This document shows, piece after piece, positions 9,780-20,399 of a DNA stretch of 64,000 nt. The DNA lies in assembly GCA_000004985.1 (NCBI GenBank), contig GG738856.1. The stretch is one strand, 5' to 3'. The translations under genes and the position numbers were made by a program. This stretch comes from Naegleria gruberi (lineage: Eukaryota). Under the pieces are notes generated by a model. That model was not told where the DNA came from. It made no database searches and saw nothing but the letters and a program-made list of their open reading frames with translations. Each line of letters begins with the position of its first letter. Positions within the stretch are counted from its first letter, which is position 1.

Positions 9780-12700
9780 TTAGAAACGTCTTGTTCTTGT
9801 TCTAGTTGCTGTGGTAGTTGAACTTGTGGTCGGACTGGAGCTTGTAGCCGTGTTTGAAGAGGAAGCAGTACTAGAGGCAGTGCTGTTATTATTGGTATTA
9901 TTGTTACTTCTTGATGAGATAGTGCTAGTACTAGTGACCGTATTGTTGTTGTTTCTTGTATTGGCAGAACTGCTTGGTCTTTCGGTAGTTCTAGAAGAAA
10001 TGGAAGGACTCGAGTTATTGGAATATGGTGATGAGGTATCCTTGCCTTCATAAAAATCTTTAAAGAATTTGATTAATTGAGCAACAGAATCATTCTCCTG
10101 GGACAGCTTTTTAACAATGAGAGCAAAGTATGAATCTTCTTTGAGAACTGCAGAGCTTTCTATACCATTTAGAGCACAATATTTGGAAACCATCTTGGTT
10201 TTGAGAGTTTCACATCCTTTTCTCAAATTTTCATCCATGATTGGATTGCATACAATCTCAATGAAAACCAAATCCAATATCATGGAATTGAGTTGTAAAA
10301 CATTAATGGGATTTACCTTCAATTCAGGATCAATTTTCTTATTTTCCAGAAGATTCCAAAAGAATGGAATTTCCAACATGTGCTTGAAGTAAAGTTCCAA
10401 AAGTTTAGCTGCAATAGGTTGTTTTTGAAGTTGAGGGAAACTTTCAAACATGGATTGTGACTTTTTCACATATGATACAAACTTTGTGACAGATGAAGAA
10501 ACAACCAACTTTCCAAGATCTGTGCTTGAGAGACCTTCCGCAGTTGTGCTAGGAGAGTAGAGAGTATGAAGAGGATAATTCTTTGGTTCTCCCAATTTCA
10601 TTTGGTCCATTATAATGGCAATACGATTATCACAAAATCTCTCAATAATCTTTTGGTTAATATCGTGTGTACTCTTCAAGAAAAGAGAGAATTGAACCAT
10701 TTCAATACCAAATAATTGTTTCATCTTTTCGAAAAACTTTGGAAGTAGATGGTATCTAACACTGCTGAGGTTACAAATCATGCAACAGAATTGTTGATCA
10801 CTCAAGTGAGTATTAGCCATCTTGAAAATATCCAAAATGTATTCTTCCAGCATATCTTTGACAGGATTGACTGCTGCTTGATAAAGGAAAACATTAGCAA
10901 CTGGCTTTAAATACTCTACATATTCATTAGCAAACTTGTAGAGATATTTACCACTATCTGTTATAAATACAAGGCTACTATTGTTAGCAGAGCTTGATGT
11001 TGTTAAATTTGGTGAGTGTGAATCCCAAGCATAATTGAATCCTTTCCAACTTTCATTGGTCACTAGTTCGGTAAGATGTGAAGCCTTTAAATCCATAAAG
11101 TGTTGAATGGAAACTTCCAAGTCACGTCTAAAGAACTCTGTGAGTAAGTGTTGAACTGAGAGACCTTGAATATTCATTTTCTGTGAGTTTCTAAATGCTA
11201 TTGTGAGTGCTTGAGTCATTTTCTTGAAATCCATTTTCAAAACTGGTCCTATACCCTTTTTGAATTTCATGCAGAACTTTTCAATGGTTTGGGTGACTAC
11301 CCAATTGATGAAACCGCTGTTGTGTGCTCCGTGAGGAATATTCGAAAGGAGTTGAGCAGCCTTCTCACTCACTTTTGCTGTATTATTGGCTGTATTTCTG
11401 TGACGACTAGAAAGATTGCCAGGGTTTGATGAGGGTTCTTCTTCAACTGATTTGGAAGTTTCTTTCTTCAATCCATCTCCAAAAATGATGATATAGTTTT
11501 CGCAAACCTTGGCAACTGCATTGAAGAATCTTGCAGAAAGTTCTTCACTTAATGCCAGAGGGTCACCAATTGAAATGTGAGAAAGTACTTCATCAATCAT
11601 CTTACTTTGTGCATCCAAATAGACACTGATAGACTCCTCCTTATTGTTCAAAATGGTCAAATATTTTACAACAAGCTCACTATAGGAAGGGCTTCTAGAA
11701 TTTACAAGTTCAATAAGTAACACTTCAACAAATCGTTGAGCTGTTTGTTGGAATTTTTCAACAATTTCGACCTCAGATTCGGTATCATCTTCAATATCCT
11801 CTTTTGATTTTTTCATAGTTGGATCAGTCATGAATTGTTCAACAATATTTCTTCCAAGATCATATAATTGAATACTTGACTCAAAATCTCTGATTTGTAA
11901 GGCATTATAAAAGTCATTATTGATGTCTTTGATTTTAGTCATGACCTTATCCTTCAATTCTGATTCGCTTTGTGAACTATTTGTTGATTTTCCTTTAGAT
12001 TTGAACGAATTTGACAATTCTCCCATCAATGTTGATGTTGAATTTAAACTCACTAGCGCATCACCAACAGTACTCTTCATTTCATTCCACAAATTACCCA
12101 ACTCTACTAATTCTCCATCCATTTTTTCAATGTGTTTAGAGGTTTGAATAAAGAATCCATAGTGATTATATACATCTGTAATCAAATTGCTAGAGACAAC
12201 TTGTTCCATTTTACGAAGCACTTTTTCATTGTGACCAGAAATATTCTTACTAATTTTGGTGATTTTTTCTTGTTGAATCATTTGAAATTTCTTACCACTA
12301 ATAATAGTTTCAGCTTCATGACCAGCAACTGTTACTTCCTTTGCAATATTCTTTGTGGTTTGAACTGCCTTCTTTACAAGTTTCTTTCCAGGGTTTAAAA
12401 GTTGTTCTTTCAAATTATTATTCGAATTATTTTCCAAAAATTTACTATTTGCAGCTCCAACTATTTAAATGATATGAAATAATTTAATTCAATATTTAAA
12501 ATATTGAACAATAAGAAACAAACCTGCTGTAGGAGATGAGGGGGAAATTGGATCATCTAAATCATCATCGTCATTTAATTCATATTCTTGGTTATCCTTT
12601 TCTTGATTATCCTTTTCATTATTTGTAAATCTATTAAATACTCTCAAATTGGCCTTGTCAAAATTCAACAATTTCTTTTCCATTCTCTTGTCATATTTTG

Positions 12701-13010
12701 ATTTATCCAAAATTGTATTTACATAATAATGTGGATTAAATTCTTCGTGTGAAAATGGTTCTAATAATTCAATCATTTCATCAGTTGTTGGTGGTTCCTC
12801 TTCCGCTTTTAATTGTTTATCAATTTGAGTGACACGTGACAATGACAGAATATCCTCCAATGTTACAGTACCATCTGTATTGGCAAAGTTAAGTGCTGTA
12901 TCTTGTTTACCAACAATATTATCAACAGTATGAGTAACTGTCGATTTAATCGTTGAAATTAGTGTTTGTGGTTTGAATGACGTTCCGATATCATGTAATA
13001 ACGTTGCCAT
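9780..13010 (-). CDS. Large hypothetical helical protein (about 1050 aa) in two exons, possibly a vesicle-tethering (exocyst/CATCHR-like) subunit, with a C-terminal S/T/N-rich tail
   Basis: Exon 1 (12489..13010, ATG at 13010) ends ...SPSSPTAG and is followed by a GTTTGT...AAATAG intron of about 75 nt (about 12441..12515). This joins in frame to VGAANSKFLENNSNNN... of ORF 9780..12437, whose annotated 'M' is a TTG codon. The functional call is weak. Confidence 0.5.
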
Positions 13011-13497
13011 TTTTTTTAATAATATTGGCCATCAAACATCAATCGAATTGGCAGAGGTCAATATTCATTCATGTAATTTAATAATTATAAATTATTTAAA
13101 ACTGTCGAATTTAAATATCTGAAGAAAAGAAATTGAAGTTAACTTTTCATTCTCTTAATTCTTAATGTTTTTGTTGGGCATTTTGTTTTTGATGCACATA
13201 AAAAGACTGTTCTAAAAATACACTACAATTTCCAATAATTTTAAAAAAAATGGCCACCGTCCCACACTCAATTTTTTCATACAAAGGTTTTGATGTAGGT
13301 TTTTGAAGATTAATAATGGATGATTGTTTATACAATTGGTGGTGATGATAATGACAAATTATGATGAAATTTATTGTTTTTTGTGAATGATTATTGTTTG
13401 ATATTAAAATTTTGGATGATCGGATCAATGAATTATTAATATTATTATTATATACAATAATTATTAGATTGATATTGCATCAAAGAATGCTGGACCT

Positions 13498-13980
13498 ATG
13501 GTTTTATTCTTGGGTTCAACTCCGAATATGGATGAATTAAAGTCTTTTGTTTCATCACTTTATGGTGAATGTAAAATAGTACCATCTCCACAAGAAAGAA
13601 AGGCCTTGCAATCTTCATTGGAACATGCTGAACCTGAATTGATTCAAGGAGATGTAACCTTTGTGCCAAAGAAACCATGGGAAGGTTTAAAGTTCCCAGA
13701 ATTGAGACCATTAAATAAGACAGAACAAGAAAAGAAATTAGATGATATTGTTGCTGAAAAGGGATCATCTGATGAATTCAAAGATGCCTATAAGGTTCAA
13801 CTTATTAAGAAGGCTGAAATTGCTTTGTACAAATTGAATCTTGCCAATAAGAGACATCAAGCTTTGATGCTTAAGAATGAGCTTGACACTTATCGTACAG
13901 TTGCTCGTGAATATGGTGAAAATTCCAGAGCTCGTGTTGAACATCAATTGAGACTTGAATCTCGTTTGGTTGATCTCTAA
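13498..13980 (+). CDS. Hypothetical small basic coiled-coil protein (160 aa)
   Basis: ATG start and a single ORF. The lysine-rich helical C-terminal half is reminiscent of ribosome-biogenesis factors, but no firm match was found. Confidence 0.35.
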   Translation: MVLFLGSTPNMDELKSFVSSLYGECKIVPSPQERKALQSSLEHAEPELIQGDVTFVPKKPWEGLKFPELRPLNKTEQEKKLDDIVAEKGSSDEFKDAYKVQLIKKAEIALYKLNLANKRHQALMLKNELDTYRTVAREYGENSRARVEHQLRLESRLVDL

Positions 13981-14078
13981 ATCATGATCCTTTTGTATAA
14001 ATAATTGTAAATTTACCCAATATAATAATAGCACTATCTTTGCACTGATTATTTGATAAATTTTTCAATTTAAAAAAA

Positions 14079-14897
14079 ATGTTTTCAAATATTTCTCTCC
14101 CCAAACTTGCCAGTTCCGTACCTGTTCAATTACAATTCAATACAACAAACAACATTACATCATCAGCCGGCTCGGAAGAAGATAACATAAAATTGAGGAG
14201 AATTGTATTGATGAGCGATACTCATCAATTCTACGCTCGGCACATTGAACATTTGGAAAAGGCTTTGGAAGGATCCAACAAGGAGGAGAGAATTCTTCTT
14301 CATTGTGGTGATTTTGGTTTCTATGGAAAGGAACAACCTGTTCTTAATTTTAATCAAGAATTTTTGGCCAAGATCAAACATTTGTTTTCTTTCATTATTG
14401 TAATTATTGGAAATCATTCGAGTCCACTAATGGAGGCATTAGATTTCAATGTTGAAAAATTCAAAGAATTGTATCTTTCGAATGCTACTCATTTGTTATT
14501 TGATTCGAATGTAAAAATATGTGGTTTAACAATTCATGGAATATCATGGAAATCAAAGAAGGAAGACTCCTTTCAATTTTCCAAATTTCCAGCTTCTCAA
14601 CATCAAGCCCTTATTAACAAATTGAAAATGGAAAAGTATAACATGATTCCACAGGATGTAGATATCATTTTAAATCATGAGCCACCACAAGATATTTTCG
14701 ATGATGGATCTGGAAGCGCAGCATTCAGAAAATTCCTATTTGAAAAGGCAAATAATTTGAAAAATTTAAAATTTGTGGCATTCGGGCATGCTCACTCAAA
14801 GTATGGGCATGAGAATATTGATTTAGGAGAAGGGAAAGTCAAGTTTATTAATGCAGCTTTGAATAATACGAATGCTCCTTTCTATTTTGATTTATAA
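14079..14897 (+). CDS. Calcineurin-like metallophosphoesterase (MPPED-like)
   Basis: Metallophosphoesterase motif series D-x-H (MSDTHQ), GDFG, GNH (IIGNHS) and GHAH (FGHAHSKYGH). ATG start. Confidence 0.7.
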   Translation: MFSNISLPKLASSVPVQLQFNTTNNITSSAGSEEDNIKLRRIVLMSDTHQFYARHIEHLEKALEGSNKEERILLHCGDFGFYGKEQPVLNFNQEFLAKIKHLFSFIIVIIGNHSSPLMEALDFNVEKFKELYLSNATHLLFDSNVKICGLTIHGISWKSKKEDSFQFSKFPASQHQALINKLKMEKYNMIPQDVDIILNHEPPQDIFDDGSGSAAFRKFLFEKANNLKNLKFVAFGHAHSKYGHENIDLGEGKVKFINAALNNTNAPFYFDL

Positions 14898-15008
14898 AGG
14901 GTAAACTAATGAAATGGGAATTGAACTTTATGCTACTAAGTGAGAACTTGAGAAACTTTGTTGAACTTGGAACTTTATATTCACTGGAACCAAAGACAAA
15001 CAGAAAAA

Positions 15009-16514
15009 ATGGTTCAAAACGAAACCGTGTCTGATACTAGTTCTACAAAATCGCAATGCAAACAGAATGATTTTAATTTCATGGCGCTGGAGTTACTATT
15101 TGAAACTGCTATTAACTTTTTAAAAGTTAATGAAATTTTTAACTTAGCCATATCATGTAATCTATTCTATTCTTCAATATTTTGTAATCCCAATATGTGG
15201 ATAAAATTAGCAAAAAGAGAAGGAATGTATGAGGATGGAAATACTTCAATCGAGTGCAAAGATATGTTTCGTATTGGTAGGTGCATATCTGATTTCTTAG
15301 ACATTGTTATTAAAAACAAAAGCTGGCATTTATCTCATGAAGAGATCACAAATATTTTCAGAGAAACTTGTCCAAACACCAAACTTGTTCATTTGGCTTA
15401 TTTATTGAGAAGTGGCTATTCTGTTGAGAAGAGAAGATTGGTTATTGGATATGTATTACCTCTTTTTAGAACTTCAGAACACTATCGCGAAACATTGCAG
15501 AAAATATTTATTGATGCTTGTTTAATGGAGCCAAATAATTCCATCCTCTCATATTCATTCACTTCCTCATATTATCATGAATTGATGGAAACTAAGGAAG
15601 TTGATGCTGCGTTGTTTACTACTGCTCTCAGACGTAATGGCAGTTTACTTTGGTTAAACGAGTTTTTATGTACTTTGATGGTTAGAAGATTCGACAAAAA
15701 CAATTTAGAGGACAGTAACTATGAAATGGCTATTTACTTACTAAAACTGAAACACCAGCCACAAAACGGAGCTATTTCAACTGTTTATCAAATATTTCAA
15801 TTATTTTATAACAGAAAGCAAGATTATATGGAACATTTCAAAGAAATTCTTAGAAATCCTAGTTCATCCAAGCTGGTAATTGAAAATTTACAAATTTTCA
15901 ACCAAGTGTTTTTAGAAGAAGTCATTACAGCACCACATAATCTTTATGTTAGAAAGGAATATTGTAAAAAGTTCTTTACCACTAAGAGGGATTATGTTTT
16001 AAATAATGAATTGGAAGAAAAGGCATTCAATTTTTTTATTAATTATGAAGGATATTCATGGGAAATTGATTATTTGTTTTCCAATTTTATTCGACTAAAG
16101 GAAAGTGCTGGAGATGAATTTTACGAAAAACACAGACATCACTTTTATGAGATTTTCTTCACTCACTGGAAAGAAGCCATAGAAAAACAAGAAATGCTTA
16201 TTGAGCTTTCGAAAATTGATCTTAAGAGAACTGTTGATGAAATGCTAAACGCTGATCCACCCATTTATCTATCATGTATTTTTTCGAAATTGAAACAAGC
16301 AACTCAAATTATTGAGATATTTAAAACCTATTCGAATGAAATTGAAAAGAAGGAGCAAGAAATATTATTTTGCAACCTGACACATGCTTTGAAAAAAGTT
16401 CTAATCAAACATTATAATGAAAAGACAAAAAAGTTTCTGTTGGATATGATAGATTGGATGACACCAGTTTATCCCAAGGCAAATGAACTATGTCAAAAGA
16501 TCTTGCAGAACTAG
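15009..16514 (+). CDS. Hypothetical protein with an N-terminal F-box-like motif
   Basis: The ORF-track start at 14958 is a TTG. The first in-frame ATG is at about 15009 (MVQNETVSD). The F-box-like segment is LELLFETAINFLKVNEIFNLAISCNLF...NPNMW. Confidence 0.4.
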   Translation: MVQNETVSDTSSTKSQCKQNDFNFMALELLFETAINFLKVNEIFNLAISCNLFYSSIFCNPNMWIKLAKREGMYEDGNTSIECKDMFRIGRCISDFLDIVIKNKSWHLSHEEITNIFRETCPNTKLVHLAYLLRSGYSVEKRRLVIGYVLPLFRTSEHYRETLQKIFIDACLMEPNNSILSYSFTSSYYHELMETKEVDAALFTTALRRNGSLLWLNEFLCTLMVRRFDKNNLEDSNYEMAIYLLKLKHQPQNGAISTVYQIFQLFYNRKQDYMEHFKEILRNPSSSKLVIENLQIFNQVFLEEVITAPHNLYVRKEYCKKFFTTKRDYVLNNELEEKAFNFFINYEGYSWEIDYLFSNFIRLKESAGDEFYEKHRHHFYEIFFTHWKEAIEKQEMLIELSKIDLKRTVDEMLNADPPIYLSCIFSKLKQATQIIEIFKTYSNEIEKKEQEILFCNLTHALKKVLIKHYNEKTKKFLLDMIDWMTPVYPKANELCQKILQN

Positions 16515-16889
16515 TTCTGATAATGTTGTAAAAACCTTTCTTTGTAACAATAAGAAAATCTGTTGTTTCTTCTAGGTTGCGATTCTACTAGAAATTGACT
16601 CAATCAAGAGAGTGTTAGACAAGAAAATTGTGGTCAACAGCCCTCTAACTAATTAATTGGCTTAATCTTTTTGTTAACCCTCAGCACACTAAATTCATAA
16701 TTCAACAAGTGTTACATGACTCTGATTGAACTCCGATTGTTCTAGGAAAATCAAAACTCACAATAATTCAACCATCTTCATCTAATACATTCTCTTTCCC
16801 AATTAGAAAGCCATTTAGAAAAAAAATGTTTGCAAGTCGGTCAATCCACAATGATGGTTCGTTTTTTAATGCATTTTCTTCCGATTTAA

Positions 16890-16960
16890 TATTCAATCAA
16901 TATTATTGAATATGTTCAATATATTCAATATATTCAATATATCAATATATTAAATCATGA
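16890..16960. repeat. AT-rich microsatellite-like tandem repeat (attcaatat / tattgaata units)
   Basis: tattgaatatgttcaatatattcaatatattcaatatatcaatatatt lies in the intergenic region upstream of the GTPase gene. Confidence 0.6.
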
Positions 16961-16994
16961 TGAAATATAATTATCGGAAATCACAATATTAGAT

Positions 16995-17694
16995 ATGATC
17001 AGCAATGAAGTGGAAATGCTATTGAATGATCCTGATTTTAAAATCAAAATAGTAATGGTTGGATCTCCTAATAGTGGAAAAACATCATTAGCTACTCGAT
17101 TTGCTAAATGTGAATTTGATATGAATAAATCGTATGAACATTCTACAGATACGAGTATTCAGTTGGCTAAAATTGATGTCAATGATAAACAAGTTACAAC
17201 TGAAATTTGGGATTGTATCAGTGAATTGGGAGTTGCCCATGAGGAAAAGAGAAGATTACAATATTTGAATACTATGGCTTTTATAATTTGTGTGTCACTG
17301 ACTGATGAGTCAACTTTGGAGGATGCTCTTCATTATGTAAGTTTTTTTATTGGAAACCCAAGTTTCAAAACATGAATGGAAATTGGATTATCTCAATTTT
17401 AATTATATAGTGGATTCCTGAAATTAAGAAATATTCACCTGATACACCAATTGTCTTATGTGGATCTAAACTTGATCTTGTTAAGAATGATTCTTCAATT
17501 GGAACACAAAATCAAAATAGGTATACTACTTATGAACACATGGTTCATCAAGCTAAAAGAAGTAAATGTAAAACCTATGTGGAAACAACGTGCATATCAG
17601 ATGTGACAGTTGTTCAATTATTTGCAACAGCAATCCAATGTGCCTTAGGTCTTTACAAGGACGATGACTCTTCCAAAAAATGCTCTCTCATGTA
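16995..17694 (+). CDS. Divergent Rho-family small GTPase-like protein (probable pseudo-GTPase) with a C-terminal CaaX box, 2 exons
   Basis: Exon 1 is 16995..17337, followed by a GTAAGT...ATATAG intron of about 74 nt, then exon 2 about 17412..17694. It has a P-loop GSPNSGKT and a Rho signature WIPEIKKYSPDTPIVLCGSKLDL. Switch-II DTAGQ is replaced by DCISE. The C-terminal CSLM is a CaaX box. Confidence 0.6.
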
Positions 17695-17849
17695 AATTTC
17701 ATAAATCAATTGTAATTAATTATCCTTCTCCAAACATTCCTTGAATATTCACTTGAAATGTAATTAAGAATTAAAAATCTCTCAATCAATTTAACCCTCA
17801 ATAAAAATTTACAAACAATTTTTTTTAAGCTAAAATTAGATTTAAAAAA

Positions 17850-20393
17850 ATGCTTGGACAACAACAATCGGATTCGGAACGTAAATTTCTCTCTCGTTTG
17901 ATCAGCTCGCAAAAACAATCACAACAATATGTTGATGAGGGATTGAAAGCTAAAGCAAGAGCCTTGATTCCTGTGGATCAAATTCATGAACGAGCACAAG
18001 AAAAATACAAGATGAAAAAGGAGAATGATCCAAACTCTAATCCATTGTTGGAACGTTTCATCATTCAAGAGTTATTAAATTGGTTTAAGAGTGATTTTTT
18101 CAAGTGGGTTAATAATCCTCCTTGTGATCATTGTCAAGCAACAAATACAAACGGAATGGGAGGAGTTGCTCCTAATGCTTCGGAACAACAAAATTTAGCT
18201 GGTATTGTTGAATTGTATTCATGTCCAAATTGTAGACAAACTACCAGATTTCCTCGATATAATTATGTTGGAAAATTATTGGAAACTAGAAGAGGAAGAT
18301 GTGGTGAGTGGGCTCAATGTTTCACTTTAATGGCCTCAGCTATGGGATATGAAGCAAGATATGTTCTTGATTGGACTGATCACGTTTGGACTGAGGTTTA
18401 TTTGGATGGATGGTGTCATGCTGATTCATGTGAAGGAACACTGGATTCACCAATGATGTATGAAGCTGGATGGCAAAAGAAACTCTCTTATATTATTGCT
18501 TTCTCTGCAGAGGAAGTAATTGATGTCACAAAAAGATATACTCAAAATTTCTATTCTGACGACTTCCAACAAAGAAGAAGAGCTCAAGGCATTAGTGAAC
18601 CTTGGTTAGAAAGCACATTGAAAAACATTAATGAGCAATTGCATGTATTTATGCCACCTTACAGATCTACCTTCCTTAAAAATAGACAAACAAAGGAAAA
18701 AGATCAAATTGAACAAAAGCAAAAATCCTCGTCTGACCTCACATTGGAAGAACAAAGAGGAAGAATATCCGGCTCTGAAGAGTGGAAGAAGTCTCGAGGA
18801 GAAACAGGCAAAACATCTTGTGATGACGATAGCTGTCCTGTTCCTCAATATAAGTTAGAGCAATCTGTTGTGGATAGCCTTAAGCTCTATACCAACAAGA
18901 TTGAAGTGAATAAGAAAACAAATTCTCTATCTTGTCTAGGAAATTGTAGAGTTTTGAATGATAATTCAATCATAATTACAGAAAACAAGACTTCTCAATG
19001 CGGTTCAATAGTGTTTAATGATCAGTTGGATGTGCGTGATATGGTTATTGAATTCTCGTTCCAACTTACAAAGAATGGAACTGGAGCCGATGGGTTTGCC
19101 CTGATTATGCACTCCAATGATAATGCTGCACAAATGGGAGCTCCTGGTAGTGGAATGGGATATGAAGGAATACCAAACTCTATTGCAATCGAATTTGATA
19201 CTTACCAAACCTTCGATAGAACAAGAGATCCAGATTCAAACCATATCTCTATCCAAACAAGATATGACAAACCAAACTCTGCACATCACGACTATTCTCT
19301 CAAATGTACAACAAGTCTTCCTATTACTCTTTCAGATGGAAAAATTCACAACTGTCAACTTCTTATCCAAGGAGGGAAATTATCTATTATTTTAGAGAAG
19401 GAATATTTGATACTGAAGGATGTATCTGTTGATTTTGAGAGAGTATTTGGAAAGGGAAAGAAATTTAGAATTGGCTTAACTGCTTCAACAGGTGGTTTAT
19501 CAGAAGAACACAAAATTGTAAATTGGTCCATCCTCACAAAAACAACTAGTACTTCATATGTTCTCTTTGACCAAGTGAACATTGCAGGTGTTGAGAAAAA
19601 ACTCAAGGAATTGATTTCTCGTGAACCTAGTCCTACAATTACAGATATACAAGTTCAATCGCTTTTGAATGTGAGTGGTTGGAAAATTACAGAAATTTCC
19701 TTAGTGAATTCTATCCTCAGACAATGGAAATTCGAAAACCTCTTCCCAATTATTGACTTGTTGCGTATTGCCATTGTAAACAACAAGACTGTCTCAGATA
19801 CATTCTCCAAGCTTTTCATACAGAATCAAAAGGACCATTTATTATTGAATATCTTTAACAAGACTAGTGAGGCAACAGTTGAAAATTCGTACGCCTACTG
19901 CCTTGTATCTCTTAGACTTATTAACAATCTCTTTAAGGAAAGGTTAGGTAGAGTCTATGTTAACAAGTTCACAGACAAAATCTTGGAACAGTTGACAGAA
20001 AGCAAAATTTTCACCTTACAACCAACCTCAAAACCTGCATATAGACAAACGTACGGTGCTCTCCTTCACAATCTCTCACTATTATTTGTAAATGAGCTTC
20101 CAGATGAAGAAATGATGGTTAGGTTATTCTCCACCTCCTTTGAAATGTTGGAAAAAGAGATTTCAAGAGAAGACTTTGATGAAAGTGCTTGTCAATATGC
20201 TATCAAATCGTTAACAATACTTCTCAAGGTTGATTCAAAGGAACAACCAACCGATGAAGAGGACAGTATCATGCATGGTCTTGCCTTAAGTATGGACATT
20301 CATAGTTTAGTGTTGAAATTGAAGACAAGAAACCTTGCCAATGTGGATTTGTGTTCTCTTCTCAACTCATTAGAAAAACAGTTTGGAAATTAA
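17850..20393 (+). CDS. Peptide:N-glycanase (PNGase, transglutaminase-like core) with an internal legume-type (L-type) lectin domain and a C-terminal helical domain
   Basis: Zinc-binding CDHC...CPNC, then catalytic Cys/His/Asp context RGRCGEWAQCF, DWTDHVWTEVY and HADSCE. An L-type lectin-like segment follows: GADGFALIMHSNDNAAQMGAPGSGMGYEGIPNSIAIEFDTYQT. ATG at 17850, single exon. Confidence 0.8.
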   Translation: MLGQQQSDSERKFLSRLISSQKQSQQYVDEGLKAKARALIPVDQIHERAQEKYKMKKENDPNSNPLLERFIIQELLNWFKSDFFKWVNNPPCDHCQATNTNGMGGVAPNASEQQNLAGIVELYSCPNCRQTTRFPRYNYVGKLLETRRGRCGEWAQCFTLMASAMGYEARYVLDWTDHVWTEVYLDGWCHADSCEGTLDSPMMYEAGWQKKLSYIIAFSAEEVIDVTKRYTQNFYSDDFQQRRRAQGISEPWLESTLKNINEQLHVFMPPYRSTFLKNRQTKEKDQIEQKQKSSSDLTLEEQRGRISGSEEWKKSRGETGKTSCDDDSCPVPQYKLEQSVVDSLKLYTNKIEVNKKTNSLSCLGNCRVLNDNSIIITENKTSQCGSIVFNDQLDVRDMVIEFSFQLTKNGTGADGFALIMHSNDNAAQMGAPGSGMGYEGIPNSIAIEFDTYQTFDRTRDPDSNHISIQTRYDKPNSAHHDYSLKCTTSLPITLSDGKIHNCQLLIQGGKLSIILEKEYLILKDVSVDFERVFGKGKKFRIGLTASTGGLSEEHKIVNWSILTKTTSTSYVLFDQVNIAGVEKKLKELISREPSPTITDIQVQSLLNVSGWKITEISLVNSILRQWKFENLFPIIDLLRIAIVNNKTVSDTFSKLFIQNQKDHLLLNIFNKTSEATVENSYAYCLVSLRLINNLFKERLGRVYVNKFTDKILEQLTESKIFTLQPTSKPAYRQTYGALLHNLSLLFVNELPDEEMMVRLFSTSFEMLEKEISREDFDESACQYAIKSLTILLKVDSKEQPTDEEDSIMHGLALSMDIHSLVLKLKTRNLANVDLCSLLNSLEKQFGN

Positions 20394-20399
20394 AGTGGT

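Noticed and set aside
12437-12437. ORF-track start codons shown as M at 12437, 14958, 42919, 43907, 47446, 48679 and 58008
   Set aside because: Inspection shows these are TTG or GTG codons translated as M by the ORF finder. In a eukaryotic nuclear gene they are not initiation sites. True starts were reassigned to in-frame ATGs or to upstream exons joined by GT-AG introns.
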